A stretch of 64,000 nt of DNA, taken from contig JAANOX010000034.1 in assembly GCA_020184695.1 (NCBI GenBank), positions 62,001-126,000 on the forward strand, in the 5' to 3' direction. Below, one piece after another: positions 1 through 10,549 of this stretch. This DNA comes from Histomonas meleagridis 2922-C6/04-290x. Its lineage: Eukaryota; Protista; Parabasalia. Positions within the stretch are counted from its first letter, which is position 1. Every line of letters starts with the position of its first letter. The notes below the pieces were generated by a model that saw nothing but the letters and a program-made list of their open reading frames with translations, searched no databases and was not told the DNA's origin. The translations under genes were made by a program, and so were the position numbers.

Positions 1-71
1 AATTTATTTATTACAATTATACGATTGTTATATATTCGACTTATTATAATTATTATTCCAATTTCTTTACA

Positions 72-362
72 ATGTTTTACACTGATAATAATGATAATGA
101 TAATCAAAACAACGACAATAAAACAACAATTATCATCATTTCTGTTTGTGTAATTGTTATAGTTATTATCATCACCGTATTACTCATCATATTATTAAAA
201 CATGTTCAAAACAAGAAAGAAGAAATTCATGAAAATGTTAATTCAGAAGAAAATGAAAATGAAATGATGAATACATTTACTACAGGAATAAGTAACATAA
301 ATATTGAAGAAGATCCATTTGCTGAAGATTTCAAAGAAGAAAAATTTATTGCACAAATATAA
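72..362 (+). CDS. C-terminal part of a single-pass surface protein (Asn/Asp linker, TM helix, acidic tail); 5' part missing or upstream of the window
   Basis: Hydrophobic run TTIIIISVCVIVIVIIITVLLIILL followed by KH and an acidic tail ending DPFAEDFKEEKFIAQI; no ectodomain in the ORF. Confidence 0.6.
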   Translation: MFYTDNNDNDNQNNDNKTTIIIISVCVIVIVIIITVLLIILLKHVQNKKEEIHENVNSEENENEMMNTFTTGISNINIEEDPFAEDFKEEKFIAQI

Positions 363-467
363 TTATAAATAAAATACAAATTTCACAAGTAATTTTTTTT
401 TCAGATTGTATTTTTATTAAATCATTTGTTAGCAAAAATGTTTTAAGATCTAAAAAAGATAAATATT

Positions 468-3257
468 TTATGAATTATTTGATCTGGCCGCATTTAAGTT
501 TTGTATCATGAAATTTCTTTGTTCCTCTATACTTCCCAAATTTCTTACCATATTATTTACTGGTTTTACATTATTTTTATTCTGTGGCATGACTTTATGA
601 ACGGGTTGAACATGTTGATGTTGAGTTAAAATTTCATTTTCTGTTACTTCAGTATAAGCCATCTCCTTTAAAAATGGTATCCTTATCACAGGTACATATG
701 AATTAATTTTCTGGGCTTTAATTTCATTTACCAAAACTTTTGGCACTTTTTCTCTTGGCGCTTGTTTTTTCTTTACAGGTTTTACATTTGTCCGAGTATA
801 AATCAATACATAAGCATCTCTTGAATGTGCAGATTTTGAATTTGTCATTTTTACAATTTCATCATTAAATAAATACCATTTCTTCAATTCATGATGATAA
901 GCACGTGCCACATAATGTCCACCACTTAAATCACCTGAATGTTCAATTATACTTTGTAATTTGTATTTGTTTTCAGATAAATTTGGATCTTGAGGCTCCC
1001 TAATCAAAGGCGATAAATCAAGGTAATTTGGATACTTTACATCAACGTCAAGCTTAATAGAGCCGGAAGCCGTTTGCAAAAACCGCTTTAATTGAATGAT
1101 TAAAATTTCTGGGGCACTCCAAATTTCCATTTTTTTCTTTGCACAAACAAATTTCCTACAATGTGGACAAAGCCATTTATTATTCATATCTAAAGTATCC
1201 TCTTGCTGAAATATATTTAAACATTCTTCTAAAGTGACCTTTTTTTTAAGACGTTCTTCAGGAGGTATTTCAGGTTCTTTAATAATTCTAATATTTTTAA
1301 TAAGATTCCAATTAAACTTTGTTTGGTCTTTAATAATAGAAGGATTAAGAATAACATCAATGATTCCAGTTGTTAAACGTGAATGACGTTCTTTTTCAAT
1401 CGGATAAGAATTTGATACTTTAATAAGTTCGTTATCAAGAAATTGGAAATTTGGATTTTCACAAATTGATTCTTTTATCTCTAAAAGATTTTCAGGGATT
1501 TCTTCTTGCGTCGGAGTAAATAAGACATTAAATCTATTTTCGCATGCTTCTTTAATATCTTCATTTGATGGATTTGGTTTATGAATTTCAACTAAAAATA
1601 TTCCATCGATTTCGAAAGGTAAAACTTTCTTCTCGACTAAAACGATTTCTTTAAAAGAAATCAAACGAACGCAAATGAAAACGCCTTCATCTGAATGATG
1701 AGGAATTTCATAAGCATAAGAAGAACATAAAATATTTTGATTTAAAGGATTTAAAGTTTTTCCTTTTGCCGAATCGATAGAAGGAATCGAAGATCTCCAT
1801 CTTAAATTATCATTACTATTTTCAGTTCTTTCAGTGAACATTATATCTATAACATCTTGTTGAATCTTTTGACTTATTGCTTCACAATATTCAAGGATTG
1901 AAGCAGGTTTAATAGTTGCTATTTGCATTTGAACTTTAGGCTTAGTTAAGTCATAAGGTACAAATATAAATGGAATAGTTAATTCTTTTGGAATAGGTAA
2001 TGGTACTGTTAATGACATAAATGAATCGAAAACAATTGTAGTTGAATTACAATTTGGACAAATGAGTCGAGATCGTAATAACCCTTGGAAATGATCAACA
2101 ATAAAACTATCATTAACTTTCTTATATCGTTGCCATGAAGCCTGAGCTACTTCTAAATCATTTGTTCCATTTCCAAATATACTATCTTCGACATTTTCAC
2201 GGGTTTTAACTCGATTTAAATCCTCATGAATTTTATCTAATAATGAAATTAAGAATTCATGTGAATCTTGTTGCGTTTGACCATTAAAATGTTTTATATA
2301 ATGACCAATTATTGATTTAAGTAACCTTGGAGATATTTTGGTATTAAATCCATTCCATATATCAATTAAAAGATCACGAAAACATTCAACAACTTCTCCT
2401 TTGGTTCCAATTGGATTATCATAATTTATGTCTTTTCGCCATTCATCATTTTTAAGAAAATATTCACAGATAGTTGGAATATGTACAAGCGATTGAACAG
2501 CAGCATTAAGATAACATGTGTTACCAAGATTTGATAAACCACATACACCTGGTTCGGCACTATTCTCAACAATGGTTTGCATTGATGGAGATTGTACCAT
2601 TTGTGGACCTGTAGTAGCTCTTTTTGTATGTTTAACTGTGATCCATCGGCCATCATCTTTCTGATTTTCTAAAAGAAGTTCATACGATAGTTCACCATTA
2701 CGGAAAAATGGATAATCAGCAAATGATTTTTGGTCATCTAATGCAATGTTTCGTTCTCTATCATGGAAATCACAAAGTCGACTTTGTTCAGGATCACAAT
2801 GAAATTCATCACAAAGTTTCTCCTTGAATTGGCCAATATTATGGTAAATAGAATATTTGAATGGACGACGTTCATCAGCATTATACACATGAAAAGTGGG
2901 AATACGAATGTCAGCAATAATTCGTTGTTGAGAAGGATCAAATTCAGTGTTGATTGGGATAACTGGTTCACCACCATACCATGTAATTAATTGATCCCAT
3001 ACTGGTTTTGTTATAATTGAAAAATCAGCACCTTCATAAACATCGTCACGTAATGAACCATTGTTAAGTAGATTAGAGTTATCGATTTCTGGTATCTGTA
3101 CTTCTCGAGGGATCGAATTTATATATCCTACAGCTTCTTTCCAAATATTATACCATTTAGTAGAAATAAGGTAAACAGGTTCACCAAGTTGAAGAGAAGT
3201 TGTTTTTTCAAGCAGATGGATAATTTCTGCTTGTTCTTTTTTTGGCGGCAATACCAT
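468..3257 (-). CDS. Ubiquitin C-terminal hydrolase, family C19, with DUSP domain (USP4/11/15-like)
   Basis: DUSP-like N-terminus (VYLISTKWYNIWK, LITWYGGEP), Cys box GLSNLGNTCYLNAAVQSL, QQDSHEFL, His box HSGDLSGGHYVA, WYLFND. First ATG (MVLPP) at 3257; the ORF track starts at an upstream TTG. Confidence 0.93.
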   Translation of the reverse strand: MVLPPKKEQAEIIHLLEKTTSLQLGEPVYLISTKWYNIWKEAVGYINSIPREVQIPEIDNSNLLNNGSLRDDVYEGADFSIITKPVWDQLITWYGGEPVIPINTEFDPSQQRIIADIRIPTFHVYNADERRPFKYSIYHNIGQFKEKLCDEFHCDPEQSRLCDFHDRERNIALDDQKSFADYPFFRNGELSYELLLENQKDDGRWITVKHTKRATTGPQMVQSPSMQTIVENSAEPGVCGLSNLGNTCYLNAAVQSLVHIPTICEYFLKNDEWRKDINYDNPIGTKGEVVECFRDLLIDIWNGFNTKISPRLLKSIIGHYIKHFNGQTQQDSHEFLISLLDKIHEDLNRVKTRENVEDSIFGNGTNDLEVAQASWQRYKKVNDSFIVDHFQGLLRSRLICPNCNSTTIVFDSFMSLTVPLPIPKELTIPFIFVPYDLTKPKVQMQIATIKPASILEYCEAISQKIQQDVIDIMFTERTENSNDNLRWRSSIPSIDSAKGKTLNPLNQNILCSSYAYEIPHHSDEGVFICVRLISFKEIVLVEKKVLPFEIDGIFLVEIHKPNPSNEDIKEACENRFNVLFTPTQEEIPENLLEIKESICENPNFQFLDNELIKVSNSYPIEKERHSRLTTGIIDVILNPSIIKDQTKFNWNLIKNIRIIKEPEIPPEERLKKKVTLEECLNIFQQEDTLDMNNKWLCPHCRKFVCAKKKMEIWSAPEILIIQLKRFLQTASGSIKLDVDVKYPNYLDLSPLIREPQDPNLSENKYKLQSIIEHSGDLSGGHYVARAYHHELKKWYLFNDEIVKMTNSKSAHSRDAYVLIYTRTNVKPVKKKQAPREKVPKVLVNEIKAQKINSYVPVIRIPFLKEMAYTEVTENEILTQHQHVQPVHKVMPQNKNNVKPVNNMVRNLGSIEEQRNFMIQNLNAARSNNS

Positions 3258-3822
3258 TGGAATGGAACCGTTTAAATTTATGATTTTTATGTGCGCAAAG
3301 TCAAACAGAACAAATGCACCACATAAAGATTTACAAACAAACGCAAACTTTGGCAAGAGCAAGAAAGCATTTTTTAGAAGCTAAAGAGAATTTTTTGGGA
3401 AAATAATAAAATTACACCGAAATGATATCAATAATGCTTGAAATTTCAAGATGAAACATACTACCATAATGTAGCGTTCTTATAGGTATAGTAAAATGAA
3501 GTACTTTTGAATAAAAATATAATTAAAGCTGATCAGCAAAACATTTCGAATTAGTAGATTTAAAAAACCAACACAAGGCATTATAAAACAAAGATTTGCT
3601 TTTCTTTTCATTAAATAAAAGTAATTATATTGGATGTTTAATCGATGTAAACATGATTTTACATTTTTTTTAAATAACAACAATAAAACTTGGTTTAAAG
3701 CTTGCCTTAACAAATTTTAAATTCCTTAAAATTTTAAGCATTAAGTTGTTTTCGTTTCTTGTTTAAATTTGGGGTGCTTCGAATAAACGGCTTTTCTGGT
3801 CGACCACGGTTATTCAGAACAA

Positions 3823-5364
3823 ATGCCTCGATTTTTAATTCTTTTCGAAAATTCAACAGGTCTTTCATTGTTCGATTGCAAAGGAATAAACGAAATAGCT
3901 GTTCAAGAAAAATCCGTCCAAGAATCATTCATCCAATTTAATCTTTTTTCTCAGCAAGTTAAACTTCTATCATTTGAACCATTCAAATCATCAGAAGTTG
4001 CATTAGAAACGTTGACTAATATTACGGAAGGACAAGTTTCTGATTTTATGCGTGATTTTCTTGCAAGCGTTCTTCCAGATCAAGTCAAGAAACACAAGAG
4101 CGGAATTAAACTTGGTGTTTCTGAACCAAAGCTTGCAGGTGCAATTCAACAACAACTCGGCGTTGAATGTGTTTCAGATAATATCACACGTGAAGTACTT
4201 CGTGCGATACGTCTTCATTTTACAAAGTTCTTTGATGGTAGCCTCACAGAAGAAGATGTCAGAGCAGCACAACTTGGTTTATCACATGGCTATTCTCGTG
4301 CAAAAGTTAAATTTAATCAACATGGAGATGATAATATGATCATTTCAGCCATCCAACTACTTCAAGGCCTTGACAAAGATCTTAATACTTTTGGTATGCG
4401 CCTTCGTGAATGGTATTCTATCCATTTCCCTGAATTGAGCAGATTAGTTGATGACCACAACAAGTATGCAAAATGTGTTCAACTCATTGGGCGTCGTGGT
4501 CCCATTGATGCCACCGAGTTAGATGCCATAATTCAAGACAGAAATCTGACAGATAAAATTATTGAATCCTCCAAAAACTCCATCGGTCGAGACATTGACG
4601 AAGTTGATCTCTCCCGTATAGTTTCCATGGCTGTTCGTGTTGCAGATCTTGCTGACTACAAAAACGATCTTCAAATATATCTTCACAAGCGTATGCATAA
4701 TATCTCTCCCAACCTCACAGAACTTATTGGCGAGCGCATGGGAGCTCAACTTATCATGGCATCTGGTTCACTTACCAATCTTGCCAAATCTCCTGCATCG
4801 ACCATCCAATTACTCGGATCCGAAAAAGCTCTTTTTAATGCCTTAAAGAAGCACAAGCACACGCCGAAGTATGGAATGATCTTTAACAGCGGCCCAGTAC
4901 AAGCAGCTGCTCCTGAATATAAAGGACGCGTTGCGCGTACATTTGCCAACAAAATCGCAATTGCAGCGAAACTCGATGCGTTTGGAGACGAGTTTAGGTC
5001 AGGACATCTCGGGTCGATGATGAGATCAATGATGGACGCACGACTCGACGCACTTAAGACAGGGCATACGATTGAGCCGAATCTTGAAACAATGGAAAAG
5101 GCGGTGAAGGAAACGCGAAGATACGAACAGAACGAAGGCGCCGAAGAAGTTAGAGAGAACGACGGAGTGATACCGCAAGAGGTGCAACAGGAACAAGAAC
5201 AACAAGAACAACATCACCGTAGAAGGAGGAAACATCACAGAAGTGAAGAAAATGTACAAACAAATGAAGTCGTTCAACAGCAGCAGCAGCAGGTGGAAGA
5301 AGAAGAGCAGAAACCACCGGAATCACCCCATAGAAGGAAGAGGAGACATAGCAAAACAGAATAA
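3823..5364 (+). CDS. NOP56: Box C/D snoRNP core protein Nop56
   Basis: LFENSTGLSLF start, GLSHGYSRAKVKFN, DNMIISAIQLL, REWYSIHFPEL, PASTIQLLGSEKALF, TPKYGMIF; charged tail. Confidence 0.9.
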   Translation: MPRFLILFENSTGLSLFDCKGINEIAVQEKSVQESFIQFNLFSQQVKLLSFEPFKSSEVALETLTNITEGQVSDFMRDFLASVLPDQVKKHKSGIKLGVSEPKLAGAIQQQLGVECVSDNITREVLRAIRLHFTKFFDGSLTEEDVRAAQLGLSHGYSRAKVKFNQHGDDNMIISAIQLLQGLDKDLNTFGMRLREWYSIHFPELSRLVDDHNKYAKCVQLIGRRGPIDATELDAIIQDRNLTDKIIESSKNSIGRDIDEVDLSRIVSMAVRVADLADYKNDLQIYLHKRMHNISPNLTELIGERMGAQLIMASGSLTNLAKSPASTIQLLGSEKALFNALKKHKHTPKYGMIFNSGPVQAAAPEYKGRVARTFANKIAIAAKLDAFGDEFRSGHLGSMMRSMMDARLDALKTGHTIEPNLETMEKAVKETRRYEQNEGAEEVRENDGVIPQEVQQEQEQQEQHHRRRRKHHRSEENVQTNEVVQQQQQQVEEEEQKPPESPHRRKRRHSKTE

Positions 5365-5452
5365 ATGAGTAAAGAAATTTATGAAAACAGAAAAATGAAA
5401 ATGTGTCAAATGAGTTTAAAATTTTTAATCTGGTGGTCATTTTTTTAGGAAA

Positions 5453-8104
5453 ATCGTAAATCCAGGGCAAAAAAGTGACAAGCATTTTGAATACTTTTGA
5501 GAGAAAAACGATAATGCGCAGGGCAAAAAAGTGCCAACCGAAAAACACTCTCAATCATCTCAGAAAAAAATTGAATGCGTTTGTGGGCCATTGAATTTTC
5601 CTTAGCAGTGGCAAAATATCAGAAGGCGCGTGATTTTGTCAAAATAAACGTGGCGCCAAAAGTTCATTTAAGCCAAAGCCTCAATGCATCTTCCTGAAAG
5701 TTGTTCAACCAAAGATTGATCTTGTGTTTCCTTTCAAGGGGGCCAATATGAAGATGATCACTACTCCATTTTGCCATTTGGACTGGTCATGGTCTTGACA
5801 TTTTCGAATATTGAATTTAGGTCCACCAATATCCCATCCGACCACAACTATTGATTTCGAAGCACAAGTGTTAAATGGTTTGTTTCATTCTATGTCCTAA
5901 TATTCTTTCTCTCTGATAATTGATCAGTAATCAAACTCAAACAACACATTTTTTATAAACACAAGAACAGCAATGACCCTAAGACCAGCGAAAACACCCA
6001 TTTTTTTGTTTTTTCAAACTAATAATTGTTGATATCTCTTTTTTTAATTATTCCATTTTTTCCACTTAAGTTCACTGGTTAAACAGATTTTATAAAGGTC
6101 TGCGTTTCAATGAAGTATCGATCACATTTGTTGATTTCCTACTCTTGGTTTTACATTTGTTACGGGTTAGGTCTAATTGGAAAACAACATAACCGTCCGG
6201 ACAAAACCGTTTATTTATAAATTTGCAGATAGAAATGGAAATAAAAGAAAGCACCCCCATTGAATTCATTGATTATATTAAAGGGAGAATTGGGATGAGT
6301 GCTTTTGATGATTTCAAGATCGATATCAAAGACCAAATGGCGATCCATCGATGTCCATATTCAATTGTTGAGTCCGAAAAAAGAGACATTACATCATATG
6401 TTTGTTATAAGTGCAGGTTCAAGGATTGCCCAAGCCACTTCAGTGTGAAGTTCAAAGATTCAATCCTATGTAATTGTTCGGGTGAATGGATTCACAATCA
6501 CTCTATGAATAAGAGATACCTTGAAAGTTTTTTTTGCCTTCTTACTTCAAGACAAAAAGAGGAAATTAATGATTTGCGTTCTAAAGGTGTATCGCCATAT
6601 TTTATTAGAAAAAATTTGAATTTATCAATTTCTTCAAATCAACTATACAACTATTCAAGAAATGCTTTAGCAAAAACATTTATAAATGAAATCGAACAAC
6701 TTGAAACGGAATCTCAAGAATGGAGTAAGAAGTATATTGTGACATTTCACGACATCTCTTCATAATGTTAAACTAATAATGGAAACCTCATGAATATTGC
6801 AATAATTTCTAATTTCAGTAATATTTTTTTGCATTAATATTAATTTATTTAAATTTCGAAACGCTCATAAAATACATAATAGTAATTGTTTTAATAATAT
6901 TGCCAATTTTCCAAGAAGTTAAGCTTGAGCAACAATAAGCATAACATTAACTGTTTCTTCGAGTGTTATTTTTTAAATTTCAAAATTTTCAAGCTGAAAT
7001 AGGGGTATAAGAAAACATTTAGATGAACTTGCAATAAAATATATCAATGCACAATCACAACCTTAATTTAAATAAACACATTTCAATATTCGTTTTTTAT
7101 GAATTTTTTGGCTGACTATAGCAATTGATTGCGATTCATGAGTGTGAATTGATTTTATTTGTTTTTTATAGTTCTTTTCTTTCTTTTTGATCAGTGATCA
7201 AACTTAAACAACTCAATTTTCTAGAAACTCGAGAATAGCAATGCCAACTCTCACATTCACAGAATGCCAACACTCGACGTCGAGTACAAAGCTTGTCGAA
7301 GAGATCAGTGGAAGCATCGGAGATATGGCGAAAGCGGACGAGGACGATTGGATATGAATATGATTGTATAGATTAATATTAACTTGAGTGTTTTTGTTTG
7401 AGCCAATGTGAATCAACGCTTTGAGAGATACCATAAAACGTTCAAGTTTTGGGGTATGGAAAAATTTGAAGTGTGCAATGTTTCACCATGAAAAAATATT
7501 CTCATAAAAAATAGAACTTAGTGAACATTAATTATGTTTTATGGAACTCTAAATAACCTCAACAACATAAACAGCAAACTCTATTATAGATTCACATAAA
7601 TTCTCAAAATAATTTATTTTTAAAAATCAATTAATATTGCTTTACTAAATTGCAGTATAAAAGTGCAAAATTCTTAATCAATAGACAATATTCAATTCGT
7701 TGGCATAAAAATACGAATAGAAAATATTCATTTCTATTGATTCGGATGACACTTTTTTGCCCTGGGATCACGGCCATTGAAAATTTGATAAAAATGGAAA
7801 AATAGTTTTCATTCATAAATACTCGGAGCAAAATGACATTTGACGATGACATAAATATTTTGACACTTTACATCAAGATATGGTATTAACACATAGAATT
7901 ATTTGAATGCATTCAAATATATTTTACAACCCAAATTATTCAATGGGTATTCATTATTTGTGAAGGCAATTCAATTTTGAATTAAGAAATTGAATGGAAA
8001 ATTATTGCTGTCACTTTTTTGCCCTATATCGGTACGGTTAGTTATGAAAAAGTGGATATAATCCATTCAAAAAGTTGGGCACTTTTTTGCCCTGGATTTA
8101 CGAT
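5453..8104. mobile_element. Decayed Mutator-like (MULE) DNA transposon with 25-bp inverted repeats
   Basis: ATCGTAAATCCAGGGCAAAAAAGTG at 5453-5477 is the exact reverse complement of 8080-8104; extra GGGCAAAAAAGTG copies at about 5521, 7750 and 8012; internal zinc-finger ORF and a frameshifted C-x-F-H motif at 7474-7486; no target-site duplication found. Confidence 0.6.
6223..6765 (+). pseudogene. N-terminal fragment of a MULE-type transposase (WRKY/FAR1-like zinc finger)
   Basis: YKCRFKDCPSHF...GEWIHNHS gives a C-x4-C...H-x-H pattern; no ATG start; the downstream catalytic region is broken by stops and frameshifts. Confidence 0.55.
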
Positions 8105-8758
8105 AAGCCATTTTTTTAACAGCACATGTCAAAATGAGATAATTTTGTACAAAATCAGAAAAATTAAAGCAGTAAATAAATTTAATAGAGATATTAAAAT
8201 AGCATTAGTTTGGATAATAAAGCTGTAAAAACAACAGTATGAGTAATCAAAGCATTGGCTATTGATTATTATATACAATTTCTAAGATTATTTAACAAAA
8301 GATATCTTTAAACTTGTACAACTTGACACAGAAAATTCATGTACAAACTTTAAAGTTTGCTCAACATTAAACTTAAAAATACAAAAACTTCTATGCAACC
8401 ATTGAAAGTTTGTTTATAGTGTTAAAACAATTACAAATGGAGCAGAAGTACAAAAAAGACTCATGATTACAAGGATTATTCGGAAAACTTATGGAAGATC
8501 TATCATCACTTACTATCAATAACATAGCTTTAATATGTGAGTTTATTGCATGAAATCCGCAATGTCATTATTCTGCTATTAATCAATGTCGGCGATAGAT
8601 TAACAAGTTTTAAAGTAGCATTTTTCGCTATAGCTGAAACAACATTATGACAAAAAAAATGAATGCAGTCGATCCTATAATTAAAACGCCAAATGAATTA
8701 ATTGAAAACAATATATGAATAATTAAATCAAAACTTAAAAGATTATTCTATTCAACGT

Positions 8759-9865
8759 ATGCAACAATGTGAAGAAAGAATAAGTGTATTAGATAATATT
8801 CAACAAGTTCCAGTTCAAGAAAGTTCAGGTGGAGGATCAACGAAATCACGTCCAAATGGTGGCAAAGGCGGCAATAAGAAAGATGATGAGAGCAGTGAAT
8901 TCAAAGCCAAAATTTCGAGTGCTATTCTTATCGAAAAACCGAATATTAGGTGGAAAGATGTTGCAGGGTTAGAAGAAGCCAAGCGAAATTTGATTCAAAC
9001 TGTTATTTTACCTATGAAGATTCCACAATTCTTCACGGGCCAACGAACACCATGGCGTGGTATTCTTCTTTATGGTCCACCAGGTACAGGTAAATCGTTT
9101 TTAGCCAAAGCGGCAACAACAGAAGCGAACAATTCCACATTCTTAACAGTTTCTACATCAGATCTAGTTTCTAAATGGGTTGGTGAGTCTGAAAAACTTA
9201 TTCGTGCATTATTTGATACCACACGTGAGAATGAGCCAGCGATTGTATTTATCGATGAAATCGATTCACTTCTTTCAGAACGATCAGAGAATGATTCAGA
9301 AGGAGCACGTCGTATTAAAACAGAATTCTTGATTCAAATAGATGGCGTTGGTAAATCGATGACAGGGATTTTAGTACTAGCAGCAACAAACATTCCATGG
9401 TGTCTTGACCCTGCAGTTAGGCGACGTTTTGAAAAGAAAATTTATATTCCATTACCAGATTATGAAGCACGAGTTAAGCTTATAACACTTAAAACTGAAG
9501 GTACACCATCAGAATTAACAAAAGAAGAAATCCAAGAAATTGCCCATTTGACAGATGGATATTCAGGAGCAGATATTAATATTTTAACACGTGATGCAGC
9601 TATGGCTCCAGTTAATCGAATTCAACAAGCAGAAAACTTTGTGGAATATAAAGGACAATTATGTCCATGTAATCCAGGGACACCAGGCGCAATGAATATG
9701 ACAGTTCTCCAAATGTCTTCAGAACAACTAAAAATGTTGAAACCTCCTCCACTAACAATTGATGACTTCCGTAGAAGTCTACAAAAAGTGCGTCCATCAG
9801 TTTCTAAAAAAGATCTCATTAAATACGAGAAATGGACACAAGAATTCGGTCAAGAAGGTAGTTAA
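8759..9865 (+). CDS. VPS4: Vps4-type AAA ATPase; ORF lacks the N-terminal MIT domain
   Basis: EKPNIRWKDVAGLEEAK, Walker A GPPGTGKS, SKWVGESEKLI, Walker B IVFIDEIDSL, RRRFEKKIYIPLPD, C-terminal YEKWTQEFGQEG. Confidence 0.9.
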   Translation: MQQCEERISVLDNIQQVPVQESSGGGSTKSRPNGGKGGNKKDDESSEFKAKISSAILIEKPNIRWKDVAGLEEAKRNLIQTVILPMKIPQFFTGQRTPWRGILLYGPPGTGKSFLAKAATTEANNSTFLTVSTSDLVSKWVGESEKLIRALFDTTRENEPAIVFIDEIDSLLSERSENDSEGARRIKTEFLIQIDGVGKSMTGILVLAATNIPWCLDPAVRRRFEKKIYIPLPDYEARVKLITLKTEGTPSELTKEEIQEIAHLTDGYSGADINILTRDAAMAPVNRIQQAENFVEYKGQLCPCNPGTPGAMNMTVLQMSSEQLKMLKPPPLTIDDFRRSLQKVRPSVSKKDLIKYEKWTQEFGQEGS

Positions 9866-10549
9866 CTAAAATTAAGAAATTAATTAATTTTTTTTTGGAA
9901 TTTCTAAACAGATAAATTTAAAGTAATTTCAATTACAAATTAATGCAATACAGTTTTTTGCTGTATAATAAGTAAAAACCTAATTGTAAATATATCTTTG
10001 CCGAAAAAGGATACTGCCATTAGCTGTAATTGGTAATCAAGCATGGCGTAATTTAAGGGTTGGTAGTAATAATTTTCCAAGGTATTGAAAAAAAATTGGC
10101 TAAAATTATAACATATTTCTTTTGCAACGTTGAAACATATTCTTTATATAAAGTAGCTTTAAAAGTCCTTCAGTAAGATGATTCATTGAGATAAGGAATA
10201 TGTGTTTACAAACAGTATGTTTTTGATGAAAATTTCGATTTTAAATATTTGATGAATAGATTGAACAAGATCATGGAAAACATGACAGGTTATGACATGT
10301 ACATGTCAGACACTATAGAAATGCAAGGATCACTCACATCAAAACATTTTGAGCAAAATGACCGATTTTTACCATAACCTCCCGTCTCTCAAATAAATTT
10401 ATTGATTTAGAATATTCTTAGAACGATATATAGGAATTTGAATTCAAAAAAATGCGGTTTAATTTTGTAATTTTTACTTGAAATCCCGACTTGTGAAGTG
10501 AAAAAATCTCACCGTTCCTCAATGTAAACCAATCAAAATAATCATTTCG

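Noticed and set aside
7272-7285. Perfect 14-bp palindrome ACTCGACGTCGAGT
   Set aside because: Single occurrence inside the decayed element; no function can be supported.
8570-8760. Stop-codon reassignment explaining the interrupted genes
   Set aside because: Conserved genes (histones, Rab11, NOP56) end at TAA where expected and long ORFs have no internal stops. The ankyrin breaks are frameshifting insertions, not isolated stops.
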